From Alphaproteobacteria bacterium (GTDB taxonomy: Bacteria > Pseudomonadota > Alphaproteobacteria > Rhizobiales > TMED25), in NCBI GenBank assembly GCA_045565315.1, contig JBJLFO010000001.1, forward strand, positions 593,542 through 657,541: a DNA stretch of 64,000 bases, written 5' to 3'. Made by a program: the position numbers and the translations under genes. A model generated the notes under the pieces. The model was not told the origin of the DNA. It did not search any database and saw only the letters and a list, made by a program, of their open reading frames with translations. Shown piece by piece: positions 48,830 through 60,152 of the stretch. Within the stretch, counting starts at the first letter, position 1. The number at the start of each line of letters is the position of its first letter.

Positions 48830-49805
48830 AAATATAAAAGGACTTACTATCGAGAAAATTTCAGACTCATGTTTGCATATTGCAATAGATGACTCCGAAA
48901 AACTTGTAAATATATTTGGTAGGAATGATGAGAATCTGAAATTAATAGAAAATAAAATTAAAGTTGAAATTATACCACATGGAAATAAAATACAAATAAA
49001 GGGCACTATGGGAAAAATCAATAAGACAAAAGATATTATAGTTGACATGCTAGATAGATATGAGATGGGAATTGACAATAATTTAGATGAGGTATCAGGT
49101 TCAATTAGGATCAAAAATTCATCCCCAAGTAGTAAGAAAGAAAGAGAGAAAAAAACAATAATTAAAACAAAAATTAAAACAATACTTCCAAGATCTGTTA
49201 GCCAAGATAACTATATAAATTCTATATATAGTAATCCTCTCACATTTGGAATAGGTCCTGCAGGAACGGGAAAAACCTATATTGCCGTTGCTGCTGCATC
49301 CTATTTTTTAGAAGCTGGCCTCGTAGATAGAATTATTCTATCAAGACCTGCAGTTGAAGCAGGAGAAAAGCTTGGGTTTCTTCCAGGTGATTTAAAAGAA
49401 AAAATTGATCCTTATTTAAGGCCCTTATATGATGCTTTGTACGATTGCCTGCCCTCTAATAAAGTTCAAAAAGGTCTGGATAATAATATTATTGAGATTG
49501 CACCACTTGCGTTCATGCGAGGAAGGACACTAGAAAATGCATTCGTAATATTAGACGAGGCCCAAAATTGTAATTCAATTCAAATGAAGATGTTTCTTAC
49601 CAGACTTGGTGTTAATAGCAAAATGGTAATTACAGGTGATCCCACCCAAATAGATCTTCCAAATAATACACCCTCAGGACTTCTTGAGGCAATTCAAATA
49701 ACAAAAAATATTAAAGAGGTAACTCAAATTAACTTCACGGCTGATGATGTTGTAAGACATACACTAGTAGCAAAAATAATAAATGCCTATAATGAAACCA
49801 AATAA
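48804..49805 (+). CDS. phoH: PhoH-like ATPase
   Basis: Walker A GPAGTGKTY, LDEAQN, and GDPTQIDLP. Confidence 0.9.
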   Translation: MEVSLKTDKNIKGLTIEKISDSCLHIAIDDSEKLVNIFGRNDENLKLIENKIKVEIIPHGNKIQIKGTMGKINKTKDIIVDMLDRYEMGIDNNLDEVSGSIRIKNSSPSSKKEREKKTIIKTKIKTILPRSVSQDNYINSIYSNPLTFGIGPAGTGKTYIAVAAASYFLEAGLVDRIILSRPAVEAGEKLGFLPGDLKEKIDPYLRPLYDALYDCLPSNKVQKGLDNNIIEIAPLAFMRGRTLENAFVILDEAQNCNSIQMKMFLTRLGVNSKMVITGDPTQIDLPNNTPSGLLEAIQITKNIKEVTQINFTADDVVRHTLVAKIINAYNETK

Positions 49806-50256
49806 AAATGAAATTCTTACTGATATTATTATTGATTATGACAGATGGAAAAAACACCCAGAACTTGAGTATACAATAAGTTTGGCCATAGAAAAAACCC
49901 TTCAATTAACTAATAATAATAATTTTGATGAAATAAGTGTTTATCTTACATCTGATAAGACAATAATTGAGCTTAATAAGAAATATAGGGGCTTAAATGA
50001 GCCAACAAATATTTTATCATTTACATCTACAGAACCTCACTTAGGTGATTTAATACTTTCGTATGAGTACATTAATCAAGAATTAAAGACTTATAAAAAA
50101 AAATTTAAAGCACATATAACACACCTTGCCATACACGGCGTTCTTCATTTATTAGGATTTGATCACGAACATGATTTAGCTGCTGAAGAAATGGAGAGAC
50201 TTGAAATAAGAATTTTAAAAGAGCTCGGGTACACTAACCCCTATGAAACTAAATAA
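49783..50256 (+). CDS. ybeY: rRNA maturation endoribonuclease YbeY
   Basis: Zn motif HLAIHGVLHLLGFDHE. Confidence 0.9.
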   Translation: MPIMKPNKNEILTDIIIDYDRWKKHPELEYTISLAIEKTLQLTNNNNFDEISVYLTSDKTIIELNKKYRGLNEPTNILSFTSTEPHLGDLILSYEYINQELKTYKKKFKAHITHLAIHGVLHLLGFDHEHDLAAEEMERLEIRILKELGYTNPYETK

Positions 50257-50282
50257 ATATTATTATTGCAATAAAATTTACC

Positions 50283-51905
50283 ATGAATGTATTGTATGTG
50301 AAATTTAAAAATATAAGTTTTATTCGCCGATGTCTTATAAACTTATTTCTTGGAGCACTATCTGTCCTATCATTAGAACCTTTTGGTTTCTTTTATATAT
50401 TATTTATTACACTTCCTCTTTTTCTATTAAATAGCACTTCCTCCTATGAGATGATAAATAATTCTTATTATAGAAAGCGTCTAATTCATGTCTTCCTGAT
50501 TGGCCTTTCATTTGGCTTCGGCTATTTTTTCTTCGGTTTATACTGGATTAATATTTCCTTCCTACATGAATTTGATAAATACTTTTTACTAATTCTCCCA
50601 AGTTTAATCATAATACCAATAATTTTATCTCTCTTTTATGGTTTAATTGCTGTCTTTTTATATTTTTTCTGCCCAAGAAATATTACTAGTGTTTTCTTCT
50701 CATCAATTGTATTTACATCAGTAGAAATGATAAGATCTATACTAACAGGTTTTCCATGGTCACAAATAGGTCACGCACTGATACCGATTGAGCATATTAT
50801 ACAAATATGCTCATTATTTGGTGAGTTATCTCTAACGACTATCGGAATAATATTATTTACTTTTCCAGCTATGTTTATGCTTGAAAGAAATAATTCATAT
50901 AAAAAAACTTCACTATTAGTATTTATATTAATTTTTGTTTCAATTTTTACTTTTTCATCTTATCGAGAAGGTAATTATAAAAATTCGTCTACTGATATCG
51001 AGATTAATATATTACAACCCAATATTACGCAAAAAGATAAGTGGGATCCAGATCTTTTGGAAATGAATATAAATAAATTGGTAGATCAAAGTATTGAAAT
51101 GGCTAAAACCACTAGTGCAAACAACCCTGGACAAAGATATTTTATATGGCCTGAAACGGCAATACCTGTTTTTGTTGACGAAAACCCATCCATAACTCAC
51201 AAGATAACAAAGTATTTTAAGGAAGATGATTATCTTATGATTGGTTCTATGAGACGAGAGAAAACAAGCATGGATGCGTATGAATTTTTTAATAGTTTTT
51301 TTATAATCAATAACGAAAATAAAATTATTGGAACCTATGATAAAAACCAATTAGTTCCATTTGGAGAATACCTCCCGCTTTTAAAATTTTTTGAGAAATT
51401 AAAATTTATAGACTTAAGTGCTTTGACGGGCAATTTTTCAAGAGGTTTCACCGGCTTAACCACTCTGGATTATAATATATACATACCCGATGTCCTTATA
51501 TGTTATGAGGCTATATTCAGTAATCGATTATATGAGGAAATCAATGAAACAAATTGGCTATTGAATATAACAAACGATGCATGGTTTGGAAGAAGTACAG
51601 GACCATATCAACACTTCAGCATGGCAAGACTTAGAGCTGTCGAAAGAGGTAAACCGCTTGTAAGAGTTGCGAATACTGGTATAAGCGGAGTTATAAATTC
51701 ATATGGAGAGATTATATCAAAATCATCATTAAATGTTGAGTTTTATGATAAAGAAATACTACCAAGTAAAACTCTCCCAACTTTTTATACAAAATATAAT
51801 TATTATCCTCTTTTTTTTATTTTGCTGATGAGTTTTATATTTATATGTTATGTAAATAAATATAATTATAAATATACTAAACAGAAAGATGAAGAGAATG
51901 GCTGA
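50283..51905 (+). CDS. lnt: apolipoprotein N-acyltransferase
   Basis: N-terminal polytopic domain plus a CN-hydrolase domain (IWPETAIP, LICYEAIF, TNDAWFG). Confidence 0.88.
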   Translation: MNVLYVKFKNISFIRRCLINLFLGALSVLSLEPFGFFYILFITLPLFLLNSTSSYEMINNSYYRKRLIHVFLIGLSFGFGYFFFGLYWINISFLHEFDKYFLLILPSLIIIPIILSLFYGLIAVFLYFFCPRNITSVFFSSIVFTSVEMIRSILTGFPWSQIGHALIPIEHIIQICSLFGELSLTTIGIILFTFPAMFMLERNNSYKKTSLLVFILIFVSIFTFSSYREGNYKNSSTDIEINILQPNITQKDKWDPDLLEMNINKLVDQSIEMAKTTSANNPGQRYFIWPETAIPVFVDENPSITHKITKYFKEDDYLMIGSMRREKTSMDAYEFFNSFFIINNENKIIGTYDKNQLVPFGEYLPLLKFFEKLKFIDLSALTGNFSRGFTGLTTLDYNIYIPDVLICYEAIFSNRLYEEINETNWLLNITNDAWFGRSTGPYQHFSMARLRAVERGKPLVRVANTGISGVINSYGEIISKSSLNVEFYDKEILPSKTLPTFYTKYNYYPLFFILLMSFIFICYVNKYNYKYTKQKDEENG

Positions 51906-53064
51906 AGATAGTTATTTATTTACAAGTGAAGCGGTTGCCGAAGGCCACCCAGATAAAGTTGCGGATCAAATATCAGATAGAATTTTAGATCAACTGATAC
52001 ATACTGATTTTGATGTTAGAGCGGGAATAGAGACAATGGTTACATCAAATTTGGTAGTATTATCAGGTGAGACTAGCCTTAAAAATTTCAATGAAAAAAT
52101 AAATATTGATGATATCGTCAGAAGCTGCATTAAAGAAATTGGTTATGATCAAGAAAATTTTCATTGGAAAAAAGTTGAAATACTTAACAGAATACATGGT
52201 CAATCATCAGATATAGCTCAAGGCGTTGATGCGAGCATAAACAAGCCAATTGGAGCTGGTGACCAAGGTATAATGTTTGGATATGCAACGGATGAGACTG
52301 AAAACTATATGCCAGCATCACTTTACTATGCGAATAGGATTCTATTAAAAATATCTGGCATGAGAAAATCTGGATTATTGAATGAACTGGGGCCTGATGC
52401 AAAAAGCCAAGTAACTCTTTTGTATAAAGATGGTTACCCAATTAAAGCAAAAAAAATTCTTGTTTCTAATCAACATTCTCAAGAAGCCGACAATAAAACA
52501 ATTAGAAACTTAATAAAAGATATTGTAGTTTCAACTATGCCTGAGGGCTGGATGTGCAATGATGATGATTTTCTTGTTAATCCCACTGGAAAGTTTGTCA
52601 TAGGAGGACCTGATGGTGATGCAGGATTAACAGGTCGGAAAATAATAGTGGATACATACGGGGGCGCGGTACCTCACGGAGGAGGTGCTTTTTCAGGGAA
52701 AGATCCTACAAAGGTAGATAGGTCTGCAGCTTATATGGCAAGATATATTGCAAAAAATATCGTTCATGCAAAAATAAGTAGCAAATGTCTTATTCAAATC
52801 TCATATGCAATTGGAATGCCATATCCTCTCTCATTAAATATTAAATTAGATCAAAACACAAAAGTTGAGAAAGCTAAATTGTTGAATACAATAAATAAGA
52901 TTATCGATCTTTCTCCAGGAGGTATCATAAAATATTTAGAATTGAATAAACCAATATATGCTCGCACAAGTTGCTATGGGCATTTTGGTAGAATACCTGA
53001 CTCAGAAGGAGGTTTCTCATGGGAAAAACTTGACCTATCCGAAAAGTTAATCTCCGAATTATAA
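51889..53064 (+). CDS. metK: S-adenosylmethionine synthase
   Basis: EGHPDKVADQISD, GAGDQGIMFGYA, and GGGAFSGKDPTKVDRS. The start may be the Met at 51898. Confidence 0.97.
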   Translation: MKRMAEDSYLFTSEAVAEGHPDKVADQISDRILDQLIHTDFDVRAGIETMVTSNLVVLSGETSLKNFNEKINIDDIVRSCIKEIGYDQENFHWKKVEILNRIHGQSSDIAQGVDASINKPIGAGDQGIMFGYATDETENYMPASLYYANRILLKISGMRKSGLLNELGPDAKSQVTLLYKDGYPIKAKKILVSNQHSQEADNKTIRNLIKDIVVSTMPEGWMCNDDDFLVNPTGKFVIGGPDGDAGLTGRKIIVDTYGGAVPHGGGAFSGKDPTKVDRSAAYMARYIAKNIVHAKISSKCLIQISYAIGMPYPLSLNIKLDQNTKVEKAKLLNTINKIIDLSPGGIIKYLELNKPIYARTSCYGHFGRIPDSEGGFSWEKLDLSEKLISEL

Positions 53065-53069
53065 TCACA

Positions 53070-53753
53070 ATGCTTATTAAAAAAGGTCAATTAGTCCAAA
53101 ATACAAAATTACATGGTAGAAAAAAAACTCGTTCTTCTGGAAAAGAAAACCAGCGTATCATTAGAGATATTTTTCCAAATTATGAATTAAAACTGGAAGA
53201 TATTCAGGTTGATCTCATAAAAAACAATATGATTGAGTTGGAGATTGGGTTTGGATTTGGAGAACATATTCTTCATCAGGCACTAACTAATCCTAATAGT
53301 AATTTTATTGGTGCAGAACCGTTCTTAGGTGGTATAATTTCTCTATCTAAAAAAATTGATGAGAGAAAATTATCAAATATCAAGATATATAATGGTAATG
53401 CAATTGACGTGGTGGATACCCTAGATAAAAATACTTTAACTACAATTTATATATTATTTCCAGATCCATGGCCAAAAAAAAGACATCATAAAAGACGATT
53501 AATATCCAAATATAACTTGGATAAATTTTCAAATGTCTTGAAAAAAGGAGGCCAGTTATTTATTGCAACGGATCACGAGGAGTATCAATATTGGATATTA
53601 GAGATAATGAGTAATCGAAGTGACTTTAGATGGATATGTTCTGGTTGTAATGACTTTAAATCAAAACCATACGAATACCCTGAAACAAAATATGAAAAAA
53701 AAGCAATTTTGGCTGGTAGAAGACCTGTTTACTTAAATTTTGAAAAAAATTAA
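53070..53753 (+). CDS. trmB: tRNA (guanine-N7)-methyltransferase
   Basis: EIGFGFGEH and FPDPWPKKRHHKRR. Confidence 0.88.
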   Translation: MLIKKGQLVQNTKLHGRKKTRSSGKENQRIIRDIFPNYELKLEDIQVDLIKNNMIELEIGFGFGEHILHQALTNPNSNFIGAEPFLGGIISLSKKIDERKLSNIKIYNGNAIDVVDTLDKNTLTTIYILFPDPWPKKRHHKRRLISKYNLDKFSNVLKKGGQLFIATDHEEYQYWILEIMSNRSDFRWICSGCNDFKSKPYEYPETKYEKKAILAGRRPVYLNFEKN

Positions 53754-53755
53754 TC

Positions 53756-53784
53756 TTGTAAAAATAAAAATAGCAAAGTATAAT
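53756..53784 (+). promoter_or_regulatory. candidate sigma70-type promoter of the rimP-nusA-infB operon
   Basis: TTGTAA-N17-TATAAT, located 80 nt upstream of the rimP ATG. Confidence 0.4.
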
Positions 53785-53863
53785 GTATGTAATTTCCTAA
53801 AAATTAAATAAAATCTTAAGGCTCATTTTAGGGCTTTTTTACTACACGGAAAATTACAAAATT

Positions 53864-54388
53864 ATGGATATGGAAAATACTGAATTTAGAATTAAAAGTG
53901 AAACCAGTGAAGAATCTAAGATTTCATCTCTAATTGAACCTATTATAGAAAATCAAGGCTATTTAATCATTCAAGTTAAGATAAATCAACATGAAAAAAT
54001 ATTACAAATTATGCTTGAAAAAATTAATGCTGAGTTGAATATTGATGATTGTAAAAAAATAAGCCGTAGCATTATGCCAATAATTGATTTGAATAATGTA
54101 CTACCAGAAGAATATAGAGTTGAAATATCATCACCCGGGGTGGATAGACTGCTTGTAAGGCCAAAAGATTTTTTAGAAAATATTGGAAATGAGATTAAAA
54201 TTGAATTATTAGAAAATATAGAAAATAAAAAAAAATACAAAGGTATGATAGAAGGATTTGCTGAAAATATCCTAAATCTTAAAGCTGTTAAAATAGATAA
54301 TGATGTAGAATCTTATAAAGAAATAAAAATACCAATCACAATAATAAATAAGGCTAAACTTATTTTAAATGATAACTTATTTAAATAA
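53864..54388 (+). CDS. rimP: ribosome maturation factor RimP
   Basis: EVSSPGVDRLL motif. Lies immediately upstream of nusA. Confidence 0.85.
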   Translation: MDMENTEFRIKSETSEESKISSLIEPIIENQGYLIIQVKINQHEKILQIMLEKINAELNIDDCKKISRSIMPIIDLNNVLPEEYRVEISSPGVDRLLVRPKDFLENIGNEIKIELLENIENKKKYKGMIEGFAENILNLKAVKIDNDVESYKEIKIPITIINKAKLILNDNLFK

Positions 54389-54394
54389 TAAATT

Positions 54395-56071
54395 TTGGAG
54401 ATCATAATGTCTGAATCAGGAATTAGTGCAAATAGACTAGAATTGCTGCAAATAGCGGATGCTGTTGCAAGAGATAAGTCAATAGATAAAAGTATTGTTA
54501 TCTCAGCTATGGAAGATGCCATTCAAAAAGCTGCCAAGACTAGGTATGGTAGTGAAAATGAGATTCGTGCTGAAATAGATACGAAAACTGGACAGACAAA
54601 TATAGCAAGGCTTCTAGAAGTTGTTAAGATTGTAGAAAATTATGCAACTGAAATAGATCTTGACTCAGCTCGAAAGATAAATAAAGAAGCAGAGATTGGT
54701 GATTTTATCTCGGAAGATCTTCCGCCAATTGAGTTTGGGCGAATAGCCGCACAAGGTGCAAAACAAGTTATCTTCCAAAAAGTAAGAGATGCAGAAAGAG
54801 ATAGACAATTCGAAGAATTTAAAGATAAAGTTGGCGAAGTCGTTTCTGGTATTGTAAAAAGAGTTGAATATGGCAATGCAATAATTGATCTTGGTAGAAA
54901 TGAAGCTGTAATTAGAAGAGATGAGTTACTTCCAAGAGAAACCTTTAGAAATGGAGACCGAGTTCTGGCTTTCATCCAAGATGTAAGAAGAGAACAAAGA
55001 GGACCACAGATTTTTCTCTCACGAACTAATAATACATTTATGGCAAAGCTCTTTATGCAAGAGGTTCCTGAAATTTATGATGGGATTGTGGAAATAATTG
55101 CAGTAGCAAGAGATCCCGGTAGTCGTGCAAAAATCGCTGTTCACACAACTGATAATTCAATAGACCCAGTAGGAGCTTGCGTGGGTATGCGAGGAAGTAG
55201 AGTTCAGTCTGTTGTTAATGAATTACAGGGTGAAAAAATCGATATTGTAAAATGGAGCCCTGATGTTGCAACTTTCATTATAAGTGCACTAGCGCCAGCG
55301 GAAGCAACAAAAGTAGTCCTCGATGAAGATTTAGAGAGAATTGAAGTGGTTGTACCCGACGATCATCTGTCACTAGCAATCGGTAGAAGAGGACAAAATG
55401 TTAGACTTGCAAGTCAACTAACCAAATGGGATATAGATATACTTACTGAAGCTGAAGAGTCTGAAAGACGGCAAAGTGAGTTTAACGAGAAAAGTGAAAT
55501 CTTTATCAACGCACTCGATGTTGATGAAATGATTGCGCAGCTTTTAGTGTCTGAAGGATTCTTATCCATAGAAGATCTAGACTACGTTGAGCTATCCGAA
55601 ATTTCTAATATTGAAGGATTTGACGATGATACGGCAATTGAAATCCAATCAAGAGCAAGAACTTATTTAGAAGAGGAAAAAGCGAAACAAGATCAAAAAA
55701 GAAAAGACCTTGGGGTAAGCGATGATATTGAAAAAATAGATGGTATGACTCTGAATATGTTAGTTGTGCTTGGAGAGAATAAAGTAAAAAGCCTCGATGA
55801 TTTTGCAGATTTCTCTACTGATGAACTTTATGGCTGGGTCGATAAAACTGATTTAGGAAGTAAAAAACAAAAAGGTCTCTTCTCAGATTTTGATATATCC
55901 CGTGAAGCAATTGAAAAGATGATATTAGATGCAAGACTCAAACTTGGTTGGATCGAAGAAAAAAGTTCTGAGGAAACCAATCCCAAAAGTGAAAGTAAAG
56001 TTATTGATGATGATGATGATAAGAAAATAGATATATCTGAAAAAATCTTAAACGCGAGAATATTAAAATAA
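54395..56071 (+). CDS. nusA: transcription termination/antitermination factor NusA
   Basis: NusA N domain, S1 domain, KH domains (DPVGACVGMRGSRVQ), and C-terminal acidic repeats. Confidence 0.96.
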   Translation: MEIIMSESGISANRLELLQIADAVARDKSIDKSIVISAMEDAIQKAAKTRYGSENEIRAEIDTKTGQTNIARLLEVVKIVENYATEIDLDSARKINKEAEIGDFISEDLPPIEFGRIAAQGAKQVIFQKVRDAERDRQFEEFKDKVGEVVSGIVKRVEYGNAIIDLGRNEAVIRRDELLPRETFRNGDRVLAFIQDVRREQRGPQIFLSRTNNTFMAKLFMQEVPEIYDGIVEIIAVARDPGSRAKIAVHTTDNSIDPVGACVGMRGSRVQSVVNELQGEKIDIVKWSPDVATFIISALAPAEATKVVLDEDLERIEVVVPDDHLSLAIGRRGQNVRLASQLTKWDIDILTEAEESERRQSEFNEKSEIFINALDVDEMIAQLLVSEGFLSIEDLDYVELSEISNIEGFDDDTAIEIQSRARTYLEEEKAKQDQKRKDLGVSDDIEKIDGMTLNMLVVLGENKVKSLDDFADFSTDELYGWVDKTDLGSKKQKGLFSDFDISREAIEKMILDARLKLGWIEEKSSEETNPKSESKVIDDDDDKKIDISEKILNARILK

Positions 56072-56085
56072 TACCATAAAAGATA

Positions 56086-58518
56086 GTGAAAAAAATTAGT
56101 ATGACCGAAGAAAAAAATAATAATAAGACTACTGAACCAAAAGGTCAAAAAAAGACCCTTAGTCTGAAAACAAATGTTAACCCAACTCAATTAAGGTCTA
56201 ATTTTACTTCAAATAGATCTAATACTGTAGTTGTAGAAACAAAGAGAAAAAGGGTCACAAGACCACAGACACCTTTTTTTAATGATAAAGTAGAGAATAA
56301 AGATCTCACAAATCAAGAAATTGATGCAAGAAATCAAGCAATAATTGACTCAAAAAATATAGTTGACTCTAATATTGATTCAAAAGATGAGGTATTAGAC
56401 AAACAAGTACCTAAGGATACCATAGTTATACAAAATACCGAGACTGCCTCCGTTCCAAAAGAAACTATAAATCAAAATGAGTCCGCATTAGAAAAAAAAG
56501 AAAATGAGAATATAAGAAAAAATAAAAAGGTAACAGATTCTTCGGCTATCGAGACTTACAAAAAACCTGATGAAGATGATGAAGAAAATAAACCTGCAAA
56601 TAAATTTACAAGATTTAGAAGTCAAGAAGAAAGACGACAGACAAAACTTACAGTCACTAGTGCCTTGGATGATACTCCTAGACAAAGATCTCTAGCTTCA
56701 ATACGTCGGCGCAGAGAGAGAGAACGCAGACAGCACACAACACCCATTCCAACTCAAAAAATTAGTCGGGAAATTATACTTCCTGAGGTTATTACAATCC
56801 AGGAACTTGCAAATAGAATGGCCGAAAGAGCTGTTGACTTAATAAAACTTTTAATGAAACAGGGGCAGATGAATAAAATTACAGATATAATTGATGCTGA
56901 TACGGCTCAACTTATTGCTGAAGAGTTAGGTCATACTGTTAAAAGAGTATCTGAAGCAGATGTTGAGGATGGACTTGAAGGTATTGACGATACTGATGAG
57001 CAACTAATGATACGTCCCCCTGTAGTCACAATAATGGGTCACGTTGACCACGGTAAAACTAGTTTATTAGACTCTCTACGAAAGAGCAGTGTTGTCACAA
57101 CTGAGGCGGGAGGTATAACTCAACACATAGGAGCTTATCAGTTAAATGCAAATACTGATAAATGTATTACTTTTATTGATACACCGGGACATGCCGCTTT
57201 TACCTCAATGAGATCAAGAGGAGCAAAGGTTACGGATATTGTTATAGTCGTTGTAGCTGCAAATGACGGAGTAATGCCTCAAACAATAGAAGCTATTAAT
57301 CATTCAAAAGAAGCCAAGGTTCCCATAATAATTGCAATAAATAAGATTGATTTAGAGGGGGCCGATCCAAATAAAGTTAGAAATGAACTCCTTCAACATG
57401 ACATTGTCGTGGAGTCCATGGGTGGAGATACTCTAGAAGTTGAAGTTTCAGCGACAAAGAAATTAAACTTAGATAAACTTTTAGAAATAATCTTATTGCA
57501 ATCAGAAGTAATAGAATTAAAAGCAAATCCTAGCAGATCAGGAGATGGTGTCGTAATAGAGTCTTCACTTGACAAGGGAAAAGGTCCAATTGCAACCGTT
57601 TTAGTTCAAAGAGGAACTCTGAATATTGGAGATATCGTTGTACTAGGATCATCGTGGGGAAAGGTCAGAGCACTCACAAGTGATTCTGGTTTATCAATTA
57701 GCAATGCAAAACCATCAGATCCTGTGGAAATTCTGGGTTTAAATAGTGTCCCGGATGCTGGAGATAAGTTTACTGTTGTTAATAATGAAGCAAGAGCTAG
57801 AGAAATTACAGAATATAGACTCAGGAAAACAAAGAACTATTCCTCTGGAATTACAAATAAGATTACACTTGAAAATATGATGGGGCAAATTAAAGATAAA
57901 GATTTGAAAGAGCTTACAGTTATTTTGAAGGCTGATATGCAAGGTTCCATTGAGGCAATAAGCGCCGCCCTAAATGAACTTGGCTCAGAAGAGGTCTCTG
58001 TTAGAATAATACACGGTGCTGTGGGTGCCGTATCTGAAAGTGATGTCACATTAGCAGCAGCATCAAATGCGATTCTTCTTGCCTTCAATGTCAGGCCAAA
58101 TAATAATGCGAAATTACAAGCCCAAAAAGATGAAATTGAGATAAGGCAGTATTCAATTATTTATAATCTAATTGATGAGATTAAATTGGCATTATCAGGT
58201 CTTCTTGATCCAACAATCAATGAAAAAACTATTGGTAATGCAAAAATACAAGAAGTATTTTATATTTCAAAAGTTGGTAAAGTTGCTGGATGTATTGTGA
58301 CTGATGGCTTAATTAGAAATAAAGAGAATCTTCGATTAATAAGAGATAATATAGTCATACACGAGGGTAAACTCTCATCACTTAAAAGATTTCAAGAAGA
58401 AGTAAAGGAAGTTCAAGTAAATCAAGAGTGTGGTATTTCATTCCAAAATTATCAAGATCTCAAAGATGGTGATGTCATCGAATGTTACGAAATTGAAACT
58501 ATTGAGAGAACTCTGTAG
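56086..58518 (+). CDS. infB: translation initiation factor IF-2
   Basis: GTG start (alternative ATG at 56101). G domain motifs [14 protein letters not shown] and NKID. IF-2 C-terminal domains present. Confidence 0.97.
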   Translation: MKKISMTEEKNNNKTTEPKGQKKTLSLKTNVNPTQLRSNFTSNRSNTVVVETKRKRVTRPQTPFFNDKVENKDLTNQEIDARNQAIIDSKNIVDSNIDSKDEVLDKQVPKDTIVIQNTETASVPKETINQNESALEKKENENIRKNKKVTDSSAIETYKKPDEDDEENKPANKFTRFRSQEERRQTKLTVTSALDDTPRQRSLASIRRRRERERRQHTTPIPTQKISREIILPEVITIQELANRMAERAVDLIKLLMKQGQMNKITDIIDADTAQLIAEELGHTVKRVSEADVEDGLEGIDDTDEQLMIRPPVVTIMGHVDHGKTSLLDSLRKSSVVTTEAGGITQHIGAYQLNANTDKCITFIDTPGHAAFTSMRSRGAKVTDIVIVVVAANDGVMPQTIEAINHSKEAKVPIIIAINKIDLEGADPNKVRNELLQHDIVVESMGGDTLEVEVSATKKLNLDKLLEIILLQSEVIELKANPSRSGDGVVIESSLDKGKGPIATVLVQRGTLNIGDIVVLGSSWGKVRALTSDSGLSISNAKPSDPVEILGLNSVPDAGDKFTVVNNEARAREITEYRLRKTKNYSSGITNKITLENMMGQIKDKDLKELTVILKADMQGSIEAISAALNELGSEEVSVRIIHGAVGAVSESDVTLAAASNAILLAFNVRPNNNAKLQAQKDEIEIRQYSIIYNLIDEIKLALSGLLDPTINEKTIGNAKIQEVFYISKVGKVAGCIVTDGLIRNKENLRLIRDNIVIHEGKLSSLKRFQEEVKEVQVNQECGISFQNYQDLKDGDVIECYEIETIERTL

Positions 58519-58520
58519 AG

Positions 58521-58901
58521 ATGCTAAAAAAAAATAAAAAGCCTACCTTAAGTCAGCGACAGCTAAGAGTCGGCGAATTAATTAAAAAATCTCTCTCTGA
58601 TTTTTTGCAAAAAGATGCTATTCATGACCCCGAATTGCAGAGTATATCTATTACAATAACGCAAGTCATGTTAAGCCCTGACTTAAAAAAAGCTAATGCT
58701 TACATCATTCCACTCGGTGGCGATAACACAGAAACAATTGTATCCGCTTTGAACCAACACTCAAGATATATACGTGGTAAGATTGCCACATCCTTATCTT
58801 TGAAATATACTCCAACTATTTATTTTAGAGAAGATGACTCATTTAAATATGCTGCAAAAATTGATACAATCCTTAATAAAATATCACAAGAACTTAATTA
58901 G
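58521..58901 (+). CDS. rbfA: ribosome-binding factor A
   Basis: QRQLRVGELIKKSLSDFL and a KH-like fold. Conserved position after infB. Confidence 0.9.
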   Translation: MLKKNKKPTLSQRQLRVGELIKKSLSDFLQKDAIHDPELQSISITITQVMLSPDLKKANAYIIPLGGDNTETIVSALNQHSRYIRGKIATSLSLKYTPTIYFREDDSFKYAAKIDTILNKISQELN

Positions 58902-58924
58902 TAAAAATAATCTGGATTACATAG

Positions 58925-59833
58925 ATGACCCAATCATTTAATAGTGAAGTTAATGGCTGGGTTAATATCTACAAACATGAAAATGTAACCTCCGCTGGTA
59001 TAATTAGAGAACTAAAAAAAATATTTAAAAAAAATAAGATAGGACATGCGGGAACACTAGACCCCATGGCGACGGGGATACTTCCAATTGCTATAGGAGA
59101 AGCCACAAAAACAGTCCAATATTTACACCAAAAAAACAAGACCTACATATTTAATATTATATTTGGGGAGACAAAAGATACTGATGATAGAACAGGTGTC
59201 ACTCAAAAAACGTCTAATAGGGTACCCTCCTCCAAAAGTATAGAAGAGTTTTTAACAAAATATACAGGAATTGTTGAACAAATGCCTCCAATATATTCTG
59301 CAAAGAAAATAAACGGACGTAGAGCTTATTCTATTGCAAGAAGTGGAGGTTTTCCTCTACTAAAGCCAAAAAATGTAGAGATCTATAACATAAAAAAAGT
59401 AAAAGAAATAAATAAAAAAGAATTTGTATTTAGTGTAACTTGTGGAACAGGTACCTACGTTCGCTCAATTGCAAGAGATTTAGGAAATGCACTCGACGTC
59501 TGCTGTCATGTTTCAAAAATAGATCGTATAGAGTATGGACCTTTCAATTTAAAAAATATTTTATCTATTGATAGACTTATGCAATTAAACCGTGATATAG
59601 ATAGTCTAAGGTCAGTTGTTAAACCAATAGATACTGTGCTGGACGACATCCTGGCAGTAAATGTTAGCAATCAGGAAGCCTGTAAATTAAAAAATGGTTT
59701 ATCTATTCATTATAAAGATATAGATAAAAAATCAAGTTCTGGGAAAGTTTATACGATATATTCAGGCTCAATAATAGCAATCTGCAATATTGAAGGCGAC
59801 TTTTTAAAACCGGTTCGAGTATTTAATTTATAA
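58925..59833 (+). CDS. truB: tRNA pseudouridine(55) synthase
   Basis: Catalytic Asp motif GHAGTLDPMATGILPI. Confidence 0.92.
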   Translation: MTQSFNSEVNGWVNIYKHENVTSAGIIRELKKIFKKNKIGHAGTLDPMATGILPIAIGEATKTVQYLHQKNKTYIFNIIFGETKDTDDRTGVTQKTSNRVPSSKSIEEFLTKYTGIVEQMPPIYSAKKINGRRAYSIARSGGFPLLKPKNVEIYNIKKVKEINKKEFVFSVTCGTGTYVRSIARDLGNALDVCCHVSKIDRIEYGPFNLKNILSIDRLMQLNRDIDSLRSVVKPIDTVLDDILAVNVSNQEACKLKNGLSIHYKDIDKKSSSGKVYTIYSGSIIAICNIEGDFLKPVRVFNL

Positions 59834-59861
59834 AATTCAATATTTATAGATAAGGAGAATT

Positions 59862-60134
59862 ATGATGTCGATTAAGAAAGAGACAAAAAGTGAATTAATT
59901 AAAAAATATTCAAGAAATGAGGGGGACACAGGTTCGCCTGAAGTGCAAATATCAATATTAACTGAGCGAATAGTTAATTTAACCGATCATTTTAAAACAC
60001 ACAAAAAAGATAATCACTCAAGAATGGGCCTACTCAAATTAGTAAGTCAAAGAAGAAAACAACTGGATTATTTGAAGTCAAAAAATGAAGATAAATATAA
60101 AGAAATAATTCAGCAGTTAGGTATTAGAAGATAA
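59862..60134 (+). CDS. rpsO: 30S ribosomal protein S15
   Basis: [42 protein letters not shown]. Confidence 0.96.
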   Translation: MMSIKKETKSELIKKYSRNEGDTGSPEVQISILTERIVNLTDHFKTHKKDNHSRMGLLKLVSQRRKQLDYLKSKNEDKYKEIIQQLGIRR

Positions 60135-60152
60135 CAATAAGAATGGAAAGAA

